A stretch of DNA of 50,408 bases from Chloroflexota bacterium (GTDB lineage Bacteria; Chloroflexota; Dehalococcoidia; Lucifugimonadales; Australimonadaceae): assembly GCA_022561985.1 (NCBI GenBank), contig JADFQE010000004.1:1-50408 (forward strand), in the 5' to 3' direction. Under the pieces are notes generated by a model that made no database searches, was not told the origin of the DNA, and saw only the letters and a list, made by a program, of their open reading frames with translations. The first letter of the stretch is position 1. Each line of letters opens with the position of its first letter. Positions 1-10,313 of this stretch are shown here, one piece after another. The position numbers were made by a program, and so were the translations under genes.

Positions 1-377
1 CAGGGGTGGTCCGGCAGGCGGACCGCGACGGTGTCGCCACCGCCCGCGACCAGCGGCGGGAGGTCGGCGTGGCGGCGCACGACGAGCGTGAGCGCGCCGG
101 GCCAGAAGCGCGCGGCCAGCGCGAGCGCGGCGTCGGAGAGGTCCGCTGCGACCTCGGCGAGCTGGCTCTCCGCCGCGATCAGCACGGGGACACCCTGGGA
201 GCGGTCGCGGCCCTTCATCGTAAACAGCGCGGAGACGGCCTCCTGGTCGTACACGACCGCTCCGAGTCCGTACACGGTGTCCGTGGGGTAGGCGACGACC
301 CCTGAATCCCTGAGCAGGATCGTCGCCACGGAGCGGTTGTTCGGGTTGTCGGGTACGACCGCCATGACCGGGCCCAT
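1..377 (-). CDS. tsaC: Threonylcarbamoyl-AMP synthase (Sua5/YrdC family), 5' part; runs off the window edge
   Basis: Manual minus-strand translation MGPVMAVVPDNPNNRSVATILLRDSGVVAYPTDTVYGLGA...FTMKGRDRSQGVPVLI contains the YrdC PTDTVYGL and KxR motifs. Not in the ORF track. Start is 377 or 365. Confidence 0.85.
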   Translation of the reverse strand, partial: MGPVMAVVPDNPNNRSVATILLRDSGVVAYPTDTVYGLGAVVYDQEAVSALFTMKGRDRSQGVPVLIAAESQLAEVAADLSDAALALAARFWPGALTLVVRRHADLPPLVAGGGDTVAVRLPDHP

Positions 378-459
378 GTTACACCGGCGTAGTAGGCTGG
401 CGGCGGCGCCGAGCGCTGGTCGAAGCGCGCTCGCTGTGCGCGCTCTCTGGGGGTGAAGG

Positions 460-1311
460 ATGGGCCTGATGCCCGCGGAGGCGCACGAAGCGGTGATCGA
501 GGGCGAGCGCGTCCGGTACTACGCGGCCGGCTCGGGGCCACCCGTGGTCCTGCTGCACGGCCTGGGGGGCTCCGCGGCCGTCTGGCACCGGAACGTCGCC
601 GTGCTCAGCGGGCGCTACCGCGTCTTCGCGCCCGAGCTATGGGGCGCGGGCCGGGGGGACTCCGGCGGCCGGGCGACGCCCGAGGCCGGCGTGCGCTTCG
701 TGACGGGGTTCCTCGATGCGGTGGGCGCCCCCTCCGCGCATCTCGTGGGCGGCTCCCTCGGCGGCTTCATCGCCGGGGCCACGGCCATCAGCGAGCCCGG
801 CCGGGTCCGCTCGCTCACGCTGATCGGGACGGCCGGGCTCGGCCGGCGCATCGCCCTCTCGCAGCGGCTGCTGACGCTCCCGCTGGTGGGCGAGGCTATG
901 TTCCGCCCGAGCCGGCGGCGGGTCGAGCGCATGCTGGCGATGCTGCTGCGCGAGTGGGACGCGGACGCCGAGCGGCTGGTGGACGAGCTCTACGCGATAC
1001 GCTGCGAGCCGGGCGTCCCCCGCAGGATGCTGGAGGTGCTGCGCTCCGGCATCAACATCTTCGGCGTCAAGCGCTCCACGCGGCTGATGCCCGCCCTGTG
1101 CGGCGTCCGGACGCCCACGCTGCTCGTGTGGGGCAGCCACGACCCGCTGTTCCCGATCGCGGACGCCCGGCGCGCGGCCGCCGTCCTCTACGACGCCGAG
1201 CTGCTCGTGGTGGAGGGGGCGGCGCATTGGCCCTACCTCGAAGCGCCCGAGACGTTCAACCCCGCGCTGCTGGGATTCCTCGCCCGGTGCGAAGAGTTGG
1301 CCCTCCGGTAG
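460..1311 (+). CDS. Alpha/beta-fold hydrolase
   Basis: LLHGLGG oxyanion motif, GGSLGG nucleophile elbow, WGSHD acid, AAHWP catalytic His. Confidence 0.85.
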   Translation: MGLMPAEAHEAVIEGERVRYYAAGSGPPVVLLHGLGGSAAVWHRNVAVLSGRYRVFAPELWGAGRGDSGGRATPEAGVRFVTGFLDAVGAPSAHLVGGSLGGFIAGATAISEPGRVRSLTLIGTAGLGRRIALSQRLLTLPLVGEAMFRPSRRRVERMLAMLLREWDADAERLVDELYAIRCEPGVPRRMLEVLRSGINIFGVKRSTRLMPALCGVRTPTLLVWGSHDPLFPIADARRAAAVLYDAELLVVEGAAHWPYLEAPETFNPALLGFLARCEELALR

Positions 1312-1323
1312 TACCTTCGTCTG

Positions 1324-1353
1324 TTGACCCTTTCGGCGGGCCGGTGCTAGCGT
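1324..1353 (+). promoter_or_regulatory. Putative sigma70-type promoter for guaA
   Basis: TTGACC-18 bp-TAGCGT, with TG upstream of the -10, in the intergenic region. Confidence 0.4.
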
Positions 1354-1439
1354 ACGAGGACGCCCCTCTGGCTTGCCAGCATCGACGGCCGCGACGGCCG
1401 CTGGCATACCCACGGGCCCCTCTCGAGAAGGCAGGCACG

Positions 1440-3137
1440 ATGGCCGACGAACCCATACCGACGTCTCCGCAAGAGCCCACCCACCGGGTGTCGACCAGCG
1501 GGGATATCGAGGTGTCGACGTATCTCGAGATCGCGCAGGAGCGCGAGGGCGTGCGCGGGAAGAGCCGGAAGGATGGGGCGCTCTCCCCTCCCCGGCACGA
1601 GGCCATCGCGGTCCTCGATTTCGGGTCGCAGTACAGCCGCCTCATCGCCCGGCGGATCCGCGAGCACCACGTCTACTGCGAGATACTCCCGCCGGATGCC
1701 ACCCGCGAGGCCGTGGCGCACCTGGACCTGCGCGGCATCATCCTCTCCGGCGGGCCCGCGAGCGTCTACGAGGAAGACGCGCCGCTGGCTCCGGCGTGGG
1801 TGTTCGACGCGGGCGTGCCGGTGCTCGGGATCTGCTACGGCATGCAGCTCATCGCGCACCAGCTCGGTGGGAAGGTGTCCGGAGAGTCCGGCTCACACGC
1901 GCGCGAATACGGCTTCGCGGTGATCCGCAAGAACGAGCGCTCGCCCCTCTTCGACGGCCTGGACGACGAGATGCCGGTGTGGATGAGCCACGGCGACCGC
2001 ATCGACGCGACGCCGCCGGGGTTCCGGTCGATCGCCTACAGCGAGAACTCCCCCATCGCGGCGATGGCGAACGATGCGGGCATCTTCGGCATCCAGTTCC
2101 ACCCCGAGGTCGCCCACACGCCGCAGGGCTCCCAGATGCTGCGCAACTTCACCCACGGGGTCTGCGGGCTCCGCGGCACGTGGACGCCCGGCAACTTCGT
2201 CGCGGAGACCGTGGAGCACATCCGGACGCAGGTGGGCGACGGCAAGGTCATCTGCGCGCTCTCCGGTGGCGTCGACTCCGCCGTGACCGCGAAGCTCGTG
2301 CACGAGGCGGTGGGCGACCAGCTCACCTGCATCTTCGTCAACAACGGCCTGCTCCGGCGGGAGGAGCCCGAGCGCGTCCGCGACGTCTTCCAGCGGAGCG
2401 TTGGCCTGAAGCTCGTCTACGTCGATGCGACCGAGCGCTTCCTGAGCGTGCTCGCCGGGGTCACCGACCCGGAGGAGAAGCGCAAGCGCATCGGGGCCGA
2501 GTTCATCGACGTCTTCGAGGAGCAGGCCGGGGCGTTGGGCGAGGTCGACTTCCTGGCCCAGGGCACGCTCTACCCCGACGTGATCGAGTCCCAGACGTCC
2601 GATAGCAGCGCCGCGCACAAGATCAAGACGCACCACAACGTGGGCGGCCTGCCGGACCGGATGCGGCTCAAGCTCGTGGAGCCGCTGCGATTCCTGTTCA
2701 AGGACGAGGTCCGCCTGGTGGGGGCCGAGCTCGGCATGCCGCCGGTGGTGCTCAACCGCCAGCCCTTCCCCGGCCCCGGCCTGGCGATCCGCGTGATCGG
2801 CGACGTCACCTACGACAAGCTCGAGGTGTTGCGCGCCGCCGACTGGATCGTCATGGACGAGATCAAGGCCGACGGGCTCTACGACAAGCTCTGGCAGAGC
2901 TTCGCCGTGCTCACGGACACACGCACCGTCGGCGTGATGGGCGACCAGCGCACCTACCAGCACGTGGTCGCCATCCGGGCCGTGACCAGCGAGGACGCGA
3001 TGACCGCGGACTGGGCCCGCCTGCCCTACGACACCCTCGCCCGTATCTCCAACCGCATCGTCAACGAGGTGGCAAGCGTCAACCGCGTCGTCTACGACAT
3101 CACCTCCAAGCCGCCGGGGACGATCGAATGGGAATGA
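1440..3137 (+). CDS. guaA: GMP synthase (glutamine-hydrolysing), with ~55-aa N-terminal extension
   Basis: [61 protein letters not shown] 1440 is in frame with ORF 453..3137. Confidence 0.97.
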   Translation: MADEPIPTSPQEPTHRVSTSGDIEVSTYLEIAQEREGVRGKSRKDGALSPPRHEAIAVLDFGSQYSRLIARRIREHHVYCEILPPDATREAVAHLDLRGIILSGGPASVYEEDAPLAPAWVFDAGVPVLGICYGMQLIAHQLGGKVSGESGSHAREYGFAVIRKNERSPLFDGLDDEMPVWMSHGDRIDATPPGFRSIAYSENSPIAAMANDAGIFGIQFHPEVAHTPQGSQMLRNFTHGVCGLRGTWTPGNFVAETVEHIRTQVGDGKVICALSGGVDSAVTAKLVHEAVGDQLTCIFVNNGLLRREEPERVRDVFQRSVGLKLVYVDATERFLSVLAGVTDPEEKRKRIGAEFIDVFEEQAGALGEVDFLAQGTLYPDVIESQTSDSSAAHKIKTHHNVGGLPDRMRLKLVEPLRFLFKDEVRLVGAELGMPPVVLNRQPFPGPGLAIRVIGDVTYDKLEVLRAADWIVMDEIKADGLYDKLWQSFAVLTDTRTVGVMGDQRTYQHVVAIRAVTSEDAMTADWARLPYDTLARISNRIVNEVASVNRVVYDITSKPPGTIEWE

Positions 3138-3322
3138 GGGCGGTCCGGCGGGCCATCGGCACGGCCTTCGGCGCCCTGGGCATCGTGTTCCTGCTGGGCG
3201 GCCCCCCGATGGCCCTCACGCGGGACTGGGGCGCGCTCACCGTCCTGCTGCTGCCGGCCATCGGCATCGTCATGATCGTCCTCGCCGTGCTCCTCGCCCG
3301 TCAGCCGGAATCTCCCGAATAG
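3134..3322 (+). CDS. Small two-helix membrane protein, hypothetical
   Basis: ATGA overlap with the guaA stop, two hydrophobic segments, ends 2 bp before purD. Confidence 0.6.
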   Translation: MRAVRRAIGTAFGALGIVFLLGGPPMALTRDWGALTVLLLPAIGIVMIVLAVLLARQPESPE

Positions 3323-3324
3323 CC

Positions 3325-4599
3325 ATGCGCGTGCTCGTCATCGGCAGCGGCGCCCGCGAGCACGCCATCGTCTGGAAGCTGGCGCAGAGCCCGCGCAACC
3401 CGGAGCTGTACGCCGCTCCGGGCAATGCGGGCACGGCACAGATCGCCACGAGCCTCGACGTGCGGGCCGACGACGTCGAGGGCATGCTCGCGGCCGTGCG
3501 CGAGCACGCCATCGACCTCACGGTCGTGGGGCCCGAGGCGCCGCTGGTGGCCGGCCTCGTCGACCGCTTCCGCAGCGAACGGCTCCGCGTCTTCGGGCCA
3601 ACGCGGGCCGCCGCGCGCATCGAGTCATCCAAGTCCTTCGCGAAGCAGACGATGGCCGCCGCCGGCGTCCCCACGGCGGCCTTCGCCGTCTTCGACGACC
3701 GCGAGGCCGCCGCCGCCCACGTCCGCAAGCTCGGCATGCTGCGCCCCGGCACGCCCATCGTCGTCAAGGCCGACGGCCTTGCGGCTGGCAAGGGCGTCGT
3801 GGTCGCGGCGGACGCCGAGGAGGCGCTCGGCGCGCTCAAGCGCATGATGGAGGACCGCGCCTTCGGCGAGGCCGGCGCACGGGTGCTCATCGAGGAGTGC
3901 CTGAGGGGCCCGGAGGTGAGCGTCTTCTGCTTCACCGACGGGGTGCGCGTGACGCCGCTGGTGGCGGCCTGCGACTACAAGCGCATCCACGACGGTGACC
4001 GCGGCCCGAACACCGGCGGCATGGGCGGCTACAGCCCGCCGCCGTGGTGGGACGCGGCGATCGAGCGCCGCATCAGGGAGACGTGCGTGGAGCCGGTGGT
4101 CCGCGCCCTTGCAGCGAGTGGATCACCGTACACGGGCGTGCTGTACTGCGGCCTGATGCTGACGGACGACGGTCCGCAGGTCATCGAGTTCAACGCCCGC
4201 TTCGGCGACCCCGAGGCCCAGCTCGTGCTGCCACGGCTGGAGAACGACCTGCTGGACGTGATCGACGCCGTGCTCGATGGGCGCCTGGACGCCCTCGACC
4301 TGCGCTGGTCGGACGAGGCTACGGTCGCCGTGGTCCTCGCATCGGGGGGCTACCCCGGCTCGTATGAGACGGGCGTGCCGATCACGGGGCTCGACCGCAT
4401 GCCCAGCGAGGCGCTTGTCTTCCACGCGGCGACGGCGCTCAGGGGCGAGACGCTCGTGACGAGCGGGGGCCGCGTGCTGACGGCGGTCGGCCGCGGCGCG
4501 ACCATCGCGGACGCCCGCCGCACGGCCTACGAGGCGGCGGACCGCATCGACTTCGCGGGGGAGTACCACCGGGGAGACATCGCGTCCTTCGCGACCTAG
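3325..4599 (+). CDS. purD: Phosphoribosylamine-glycine ligase
   Basis: GSGAREHA, PGNAG, VGPEAPL, KADGLAAGKGV, GPNTGGMG, EFNARFGDPE. Confidence 0.97.
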   Translation: MRVLVIGSGAREHAIVWKLAQSPRNPELYAAPGNAGTAQIATSLDVRADDVEGMLAAVREHAIDLTVVGPEAPLVAGLVDRFRSERLRVFGPTRAAARIESSKSFAKQTMAAAGVPTAAFAVFDDREAAAAHVRKLGMLRPGTPIVVKADGLAAGKGVVVAADAEEALGALKRMMEDRAFGEAGARVLIEECLRGPEVSVFCFTDGVRVTPLVAACDYKRIHDGDRGPNTGGMGGYSPPPWWDAAIERRIRETCVEPVVRALAASGSPYTGVLYCGLMLTDDGPQVIEFNARFGDPEAQLVLPRLENDLLDVIDAVLDGRLDALDLRWSDEATVAVVLASGGYPGSYETGVPITGLDRMPSEALVFHAATALRGETLVTSGGRVLTAVGRGATIADARRTAYEAADRIDFAGEYHRGDIASFAT

Positions 4600-4605
4600 C
4601 AGCGC

Positions 4606-5893
4606 TTACGCGTCGGCGGCGAGGCGCACGCCCTGGAACTGCCAGCGGTCGGAGGGGTAGAAGAAGTTCCGGTACGTCGGGCGGATGTGCGAGAGCGGCG
4701 TGACCGCCGAGCCCCCGCGCAGCACCATCTGGCCCACCATGAACTTGCCGTTGTACTCCCCGAGGGCACCCGCGGTCGGCGCGAAGCCGGGGTACGGCAG
4801 GTACGCGCTCTGCGTCCATTCCCACACGTCCCCGTAGAGCTGCGCCAGGGCCCCGGCGGGCCCGTCCGCCGCGATGGCCCCCCCGGCTGCGACCGGCTGA
4901 AACAGGCCGGACTCCGCGAAGTTGCCGCCGACCGGCGCAGCGGCCGCGGCGTGCTCCCACTCCTGCTCCGTCGGCAGCCGCTTGCCCGCCCAGCGCGCGA
5001 AGGCGTCGGCCTCGACGTAGCTCAGGTGGCAGACGGGGGCGTCCTCGTCGAGGCGCTGCATGCCGGAGAGCGTGAACACCCACCACTCGCCGTCGATGCG
5101 CTCCCAGTACAGCGGCGCCTCCCACCCCTCGGCCTCGACCGTGCTCCAGCCCGAGGAGAGCCAGAGGTCCGGCCGCGCGTAGCCGCCGTCCTCCACGAAC
5201 GCGGCGTACTCACCGCAGGTCGCCGGGCGCGATGCCATGCGGTGCGGCTGGAGCAGCGCCTGGTGGCGCGGCGACTCGTTGTCGAAGGCGAAGGCCGTGC
5301 CCGCCCCCGTGCCCGATCTCGACGATGCCGCCCTCGACGTCGTGCCAGCCCAGCGCTGCCGACGGACGCCGGGGCAGCTCGACGGCGTGGTATGCGGGGC
5401 GCAGGGGGTTGATGGACAGGTTGTATTTGATGTCCGTGAGCAGCAGCTCCTGGTGCTGCTGCTCGTGGTTGATACCAAGGGTCACCGCGGGCGCAAGCTC
5501 GGCCATCTGCGCCTCGTCCACCCCTTCGAGGAGCGCGAGCATCGCGCGGTCCACGTGCGCGCGGTACGCGTAGACCTCGGCGACCGTCGGACGCGACAGC
5601 AAGCCACGGCTGGGGCGCTGGTACTGCGGGCCGACGGCGTTGTAGTAGGAGTTGAAGAGGTAGGCATACTGGGGGTCGATGGACTCGTACCCCGGGAGGT
5701 GGGGCTTGAGCAGGAAGGTCTCGAAGAACCAGGTGACGTGAGCGATGTGCCACTTGGTGGGGCTCACATCAGGCGTGGCCTGGATGACGTAGTCCTCCGT
5801 GACGAGCGGGCTGCAGAGCTGCTCGGTCGCCCGGCGCACCGCCGTGTAGGCGGTCACGAGCTCCGCAACGTCGGTCTGCTGGGTCGTGCTCAC
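4606..5893 (-). pseudogene. egtB: Ergothioneine biosynthesis sulfoxide synthase, interrupted by a 1-nt frameshift near 5295-5314
   Basis: N-half (ORF 5210..5893): [27 protein letters not shown]-half (ORF 4606..5478): [37 protein letters not shown]. Total 1288 nt = 3n+1. Confidence 0.85.
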
Positions 5894-6026
5894 ACGTGCT
5901 CCTTCGCGGATCGGGCTGCGGACCGGGCGCCGGACCGGGGTAGCAGCATAGTCGGCCGAGATCGGCCCAGCAATCGTTGGGCCGGCAACGGGTTTGACGC
6001 TTGCGTGCGCTCGAAGGTGCGCGGAG

Positions 6027-6056
6027 TTGACGGCCGGCCGGGGCGCCCCCTAGGCT
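6027..6056 (+). promoter_or_regulatory. Putative promoter of the purE-purB-purC operon
   Basis: TTGACG-18 bp-TAGGCT; GGAGG RBS before TTG 6102. Confidence 0.45.
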
Positions 6057-6101
6057 GGGAGCAGGCCGTATCGGGCGAATGCGGATCCCGGGAGGACAAG
6101 A

Positions 6102-6560
6102 TTGCCGCAGGTAGGCATCATCGTCGGCAGCGTCAGCGACAAGCCCGTGATGGAAGATACCCTCAAGACGCTGACGGACCTCGGCGTCGAGGCCGAGCTC
6201 ATCGCCGCTTCGGCGCACCGCGACCCCGAGAAGGTCCGCGCGTACGTCCTGGGCGCGGAGGAGCGCGGCATCGAGGTGTTCATCGCGGCGGCCGGCGGCG
6301 CTGCCGCGCTTCCGGGGGTCGTGGCCTCGCTCACGACGCTCCCCGTGATCGGCGTGCCGCTGGCATCGAGCGAGCTCGGCGGGGTCGATGCGCTGCACTC
6401 GATCGTGCAGATGCCGCCGGGCGTGCCGGTCGCCTGCGTCGCGGTTGGGGCGTGGGGCGCGCGCAACGCGGCGCTGCTCGCGGCCGAGATCCTGGGCCTC
6501 AAATATGCTAAGATACGCGAGGCGGTCGAGAAACAGCGGCAACGGCTTCGTGAAGCCTAA
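6102..6560 (+). CDS. purE: N5-CAIR mutase / AIR carboxylase
   Basis: [39 protein letters not shown]. Confidence 0.95.
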   Translation: MPQVGIIVGSVSDKPVMEDTLKTLTDLGVEAELIAASAHRDPEKVRAYVLGAEERGIEVFIAAAGGAAALPGVVASLTTLPVIGVPLASSELGGVDALHSIVQMPPGVPVACVAVGAWGARNAALLAAEILGLKYAKIREAVEKQRQRLREA

Positions 6561-6604
6561 AACGCCCTCCGCCACAGCCCGATATCGTGCCCTCCTGGTG
6601 ACCA

Positions 6605-6922
6605 ATGGTCATCCTCTGTGACTTCGACGACACGGTGGCCGGCCGCAACATCGCGACGCTGTTGCTCGACCGGTTCCACCACGCACCCTCCTCAAGCTCC
6701 GCGGGAGCCGGCGGCGTCCCCTTCTTCGCGGTCGAGACCGGCGAGCGCGACGGCCGTCCGACGTTCTCGTACCCCTACGCGGACCCGGCCTGCGGCTGGT
6801 ACCCCGGCAACTGCAAGTGCTCGGTGCTCGAATCGCACCGCGAGCTCACCGACTTCCACGTGCTGCTCGATCACGTGAAGGCCATGCCCGCCGGCCTGCG
6901 GACACAGGGGACACGCGCATGA
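6605..6922 (+). pseudogene. Internally deleted HAD-IB (MtnX-like) phosphatase remnant, 105 aa
   Basis: Motif I CDFDDT and YPYADPAC...GNCKCS are present. Cap domain, motif II and GDGxxD motif IV are absent. Stop overlaps the purB ATG. Confidence 0.6.
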
Positions 6923-8247
6923 TCGACCGCTACTCCCGCGAGGCGATGGCTGCTGTGTGGAGCGAGGATGCCACCTTCGACCTCTGGCTCAAGGTCGAGG
7001 TCGCGGCGAGCGTGGCGTGGTCGGAGCTTGGCGTCGTCCCGAAGGCGGACGCCGAGAAGATCCGCGGCGCGCGCTTCGACCGGGCGCTCTACGACAAGTG
7101 GTTCGAGGAGACGAAGCACGACGTCGTGTCGTTCACCCGGGCCGTCACGCCCAGCCTCGGCCCAGAGGGACGCTGGATCCACCACGGCCTCACCTCGAAC
7201 GACGTCAAGGACACGGCCTTGAGCCTCCAGCTCGTGGGTGCGGTGGACCTGATCGACGCCGAGGTCGAGCGGTGCATGGGCGTGGTGAAGGCCAGGGCGG
7301 AGGAGCTCGCCCACACGCCGTGCATCGGACGCTCGCACGGGGTGCACGCCGAGCCCATGAGCTTCGGCCTGAAGCTCGCGCTGTGGTGGGACGAGCTGCG
7401 CCGGCACCGCGTGCGGCTTGGGCAGCTCCGCGAGATGGTCGCGGTGGGCAAGATATCGGGCCCCGTCGGGACCTACGCGAGCATCCCGCCGGAGATCGAG
7501 GCCTCGGTCTGCCGCCAGCTCGGACTTGCGCCGGCGCCCGTGTCGAACCAGATCCTCCAGCGCGACCGGCACGCCCAGTTCGTGCAGACCCTCGCGCTCC
7601 TCGCGGCGTCGCTGGAGAAGTTCGCCACGGAGATCAGATCGCTCCAGCGGACGGAGATACGGGAGGTCGAGGAGCCCTTCGGCACGCCCGGCTTCGTGAG
7701 CACAGGGTCGTCGTCGATGCCCCACAAGCGCAACCCGGAGCTCTCGGAGCGCATCTGCGGCCTGGCCCGGCTCGTGCGTGGACACGCCGTCACCGCGCTC
7801 GACAACGTGGCGCTCTGGCACGAGCGGGACATCTCGCACTCCTCCGCGGAGCGCATGATCCTGCCGGACTCGGCCCTCGCGCTCGACTACATGCTCGATC
7901 TGCTGACGCGCGTCGTCTCCGGCATGCGTGTGTTCCCCGAGAACATGATGCGGAACCTCGAATTGACCAAGGGGATCGTCTTCTCGGAGCGCGTCCTGCT
8001 GGCACTCGTCGAGAGCGGCATGGACCGCACGGCGGCCTACGAGCTGGTGCAGCGCCACGCGCTCGCGGCCTGGGACCGCGGCGAGGACTTCCGCGAGGCG
8101 ATACGCGCCGAGCCCGAGGTCACCTCGGCCCTGAGCGCAGACGTCCTGGATGGACTCTTCGACTACGACTACTACCTGCGGCACGTCGGGACGATCTTCG
8201 AGCGCCTCGGCTTCGCCGCGAAGGGGGGTCCCATTGCCACTGCTTGA
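6919..8247 (+). CDS. purB: Adenylosuccinate lyase
   Basis: [46 protein letters not shown]. Confidence 0.96.
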   Translation: MIDRYSREAMAAVWSEDATFDLWLKVEVAASVAWSELGVVPKADAEKIRGARFDRALYDKWFEETKHDVVSFTRAVTPSLGPEGRWIHHGLTSNDVKDTALSLQLVGAVDLIDAEVERCMGVVKARAEELAHTPCIGRSHGVHAEPMSFGLKLALWWDELRRHRVRLGQLREMVAVGKISGPVGTYASIPPEIEASVCRQLGLAPAPVSNQILQRDRHAQFVQTLALLAASLEKFATEIRSLQRTEIREVEEPFGTPGFVSTGSSSMPHKRNPELSERICGLARLVRGHAVTALDNVALWHERDISHSSAERMILPDSALALDYMLDLLTRVVSGMRVFPENMMRNLELTKGIVFSERVLLALVESGMDRTAAYELVQRHALAAWDRGEDFREAIRAEPEVTSALSADVLDGLFDYDYYLRHVGTIFERLGFAAKGGPIATA

Positions 8248-9136
8248 GACCGGCCTTCCCGACCTGCTGTACCGCGGCAAGGTGCGCGACACCTACGACC
8301 TCGGCGACCGTCTGCTGCTGATGGTGGCGACGGACCGTATCTCCGCCTTCGACGTCGTCCTGCCCAACGGCATCCCCGAGAAGGGGTACGTCCTCAGCCG
8401 CATGTCCAAGTTCTGGTTCGATATGACCAAGGACATCGTGCCGAACCACTTCATCGGCCTCGCGGACGACCCGGAGGCGCTCGGTACGCTGGCCGACCAC
8501 CCGCGTATCAAGACGCTGCCGCCGGAGATCGCGCGCCAGGCGATGGTCGTGAAACGCGCCGAGCGCGTGGACGTGGAGTGCGTGGTGCGCGCGTACCTGA
8601 CCGGCTCCGGGCTGGTCGACTACAAGGCGACGGGCACGATCTTCGGGATCGAGGTGCCCAAGGGCCTCGTCGACGGCTCCAAGCTCCCGGAGCTGCTGTT
8701 CACGCCGACGACCAAGGCGGAGACCGGACACGACGAGCCGATGACGATGGCCGAGGTCGCCGGTCTCGTGGGCGCGGAGGTCGCGGAGCAGCTCCAAGAG
8801 ACCTCCTTCGCGGTCTTCCGCCGGGCGCACGAGTATGCGGCTGGGCGCGGTATCATCATCGCGGACACCAAGTTCGAGTTCGGCATGCGCGACGGGGAGA
8901 TGATCCTCATCGACGAGGTGCTGACGCCGGACTCGAGCCGGTTCTGGGACGCGGAGGGGTACGCCCCCGGGAAGTCGCAGCCGAACTTCGACAAGCAGTT
9001 CGTGCGCGATTGGCTCCTGGAACAGCCCTGGGACCGCACCCCGCCCGCCCCCGCCCTCCCCGACGACATCGTCGCGAAGACCCGTGAGCGTTACCTGCAA
9101 GCCTACGAGCGGCTGACCGGCCAACCGCTCCTCTAG
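8234..9136 (+). CDS. purC: SAICAR synthetase
   Basis: YRGKVRD, ATDRISAFD, ECVVRAY, FTPTTKA, ADTKFEFG, DEVLTPDSSRFW, DKQFVRDW. TTG start overlaps the purB end. Confidence 0.96.
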   Translation: MPLLETGLPDLLYRGKVRDTYDLGDRLLLMVATDRISAFDVVLPNGIPEKGYVLSRMSKFWFDMTKDIVPNHFIGLADDPEALGTLADHPRIKTLPPEIARQAMVVKRAERVDVECVVRAYLTGSGLVDYKATGTIFGIEVPKGLVDGSKLPELLFTPTTKAETGHDEPMTMAEVAGLVGAEVAEQLQETSFAVFRRAHEYAAGRGIIIADTKFEFGMRDGEMILIDEVLTPDSSRFWDAEGYAPGKSQPNFDKQFVRDWLLEQPWDRTPPAPALPDDIVAKTRERYLQAYERLTGQPLL

Positions 9137-9178
9137 CACCGCGCACACGCCCCCATATCCCGCCGCAGGTGAATAACG

Positions 9179-9997
9179 TTGGTCGACGACGAGCGAGCAG
9201 ACGGCCCCGCGTCCGATGAAGGAACCGAGCCCGAAGAGGCGCAAGACGCAGCGCCGGCCGAGCAGGATGCCCGGCCCGGAGCGCGGCAGCAGCAGCGGCG
9301 CTCGCGCAGCACCCTCGCCCGGAGCGAGCGCCGCCGCCGCGCGAGCCGCAAGGCCTCGCGGCGGCAGTGGTACGTCGGCATCGGCGGCGGGACCATCGCC
9401 CTCATGCTCATCGCTGGCCTCTTCCTGCCGTCCCTCGGCGGCCTCAGCAGACACATCGTGCCGACGGACCAGGCGGACAACACCCCGCTCGCCGGCACCG
9501 CGCTCCCCGTGCAGCCCGGCGGCGAGATCGAGATCGGTGCCGCCCACGACGCCTACTCGACGCAGCCGCCGACCTCCGGCCCTGGCTACGCCGATGCGGC
9601 GCCCTGGGGCGTCCACGCAGCGCAGATCGACGACGAAACGGTCGTTCGCAACCTCGCGATGGGCGCCGTGGTCTTCAACTCGAACCTGGGGTCCGAGGAG
9701 CAGCAGGCCGACCTGCGCCAGCTCATCGAGTCGCTGCCCGGCTACCCGGGGTGCTACATCCTCCACCCCTACGAAGGGATCCCCGCCGGGAGCGTGACCA
9801 TGACCGCCTGGGGGTGGACGCAGAACGTCACCGGCGCCGACCCGTTCCTGATACAGACCTTCGCGGACGACCACGTCAACCAGGGCCCGCAGTTCCTGGG
9901 CCCCTCCTGCGGTGCGCCACCCCCGGCGGAGACGCCAGAGGAAGCACCAACGCCGGAAGAGGCGACCCCGACGGGCGACGCGCAGCAGGGGGAGTAG
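9179..9997 (+). CDS. Membrane-anchored DUF3105-like protein
   Basis: Basic stretch then one TM helix; YSTQPPTSGP, APWGV, VRNLAMGAVV, MTAWG motifs; Pro/Thr/Glu-rich tail. Confidence 0.65.
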   Translation: MVDDERADGPASDEGTEPEEAQDAAPAEQDARPGARQQQRRSRSTLARSERRRRASRKASRRQWYVGIGGGTIALMLIAGLFLPSLGGLSRHIVPTDQADNTPLAGTALPVQPGGEIEIGAAHDAYSTQPPTSGPGYADAAPWGVHAAQIDDETVVRNLAMGAVVFNSNLGSEEQQADLRQLIESLPGYPGCYILHPYEGIPAGSVTMTAWGWTQNVTGADPFLIQTFADDHVNQGPQFLGPSCGAPPPAETPEEAPTPEEATPTGDAQQGE

Positions 9998-10002
9998 GCG
10001 CG

Positions 10003-10254
10003 ATGCGATTCTCGGCAAGCGTTTACGTCGCCCTCAAGCCGGGCGTGAACGACCCACAGGGCAACGCCGTGCTGGGCGGCCTGCACTCGCTGGGGTTCAG
10101 CTCCGTCGACGGCGTGCGGGTGGGCAAGTACCTCACCCTCGAGCTCGACGCCCCGGACGAGGCGGCCGCGAGCGTGCAGGTGGGCGAGATGTGCGAGAAG
10201 CTGCTCGCGAACCCCGTCATCGAGTCGTACCGGGTCGAGGTCGCCGCGCTGTAG
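10003..10254 (+). CDS. purS: FGAM synthase subunit PurS
   Basis: LKPGVNDPQG, VRVGKY, MCEKLLANPVIESY. Confidence 0.95.
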   Translation: MRFSASVYVALKPGVNDPQGNAVLGGLHSLGFSSVDGVRVGKYLTLELDAPDEAAASVQVGEMCEKLLANPVIESYRVEVAAL

Positions 10255-10269
10255 GGGCGCACGGCGTGC

Positions 10270-10304
10270 GCCCTCGCGCTTCGCCATGCGGCCCTCGCGC
10301 TTCG
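10270..10304. repeat. Short direct repeat GCCCTCGCGCTTCG x2 (21-bp period) between convergent purS and hisB
   Basis: Copies at 10270-10283 and 10291-10304. Confidence 0.6.
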
Positions 10305-10313
10305 GGACCGCGG

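Noticed and set aside
453-1439. 894-aa GuaA fusion suggested by the ORF track
   Set aside because: The upstream part is an Arg/Gly-rich shadow frame over the hydrolase gene; the real start is near 1440. The same applies to the extended ORFs for hisD, hisB, birA, the kinase, the Rieske gene and the permease.
4606-5893. egtB as selenoneine synthase SenA, given the selenoprotein elsewhere in the window
   Set aside because: No senB or senC/selD neighbours; motifs fit ordinary EgtB.
5894-6101. Purine or ZTP riboswitch upstream of purE
   Set aside because: No recognisable consensus; the putative promoter leaves only ~40 nt of leader.
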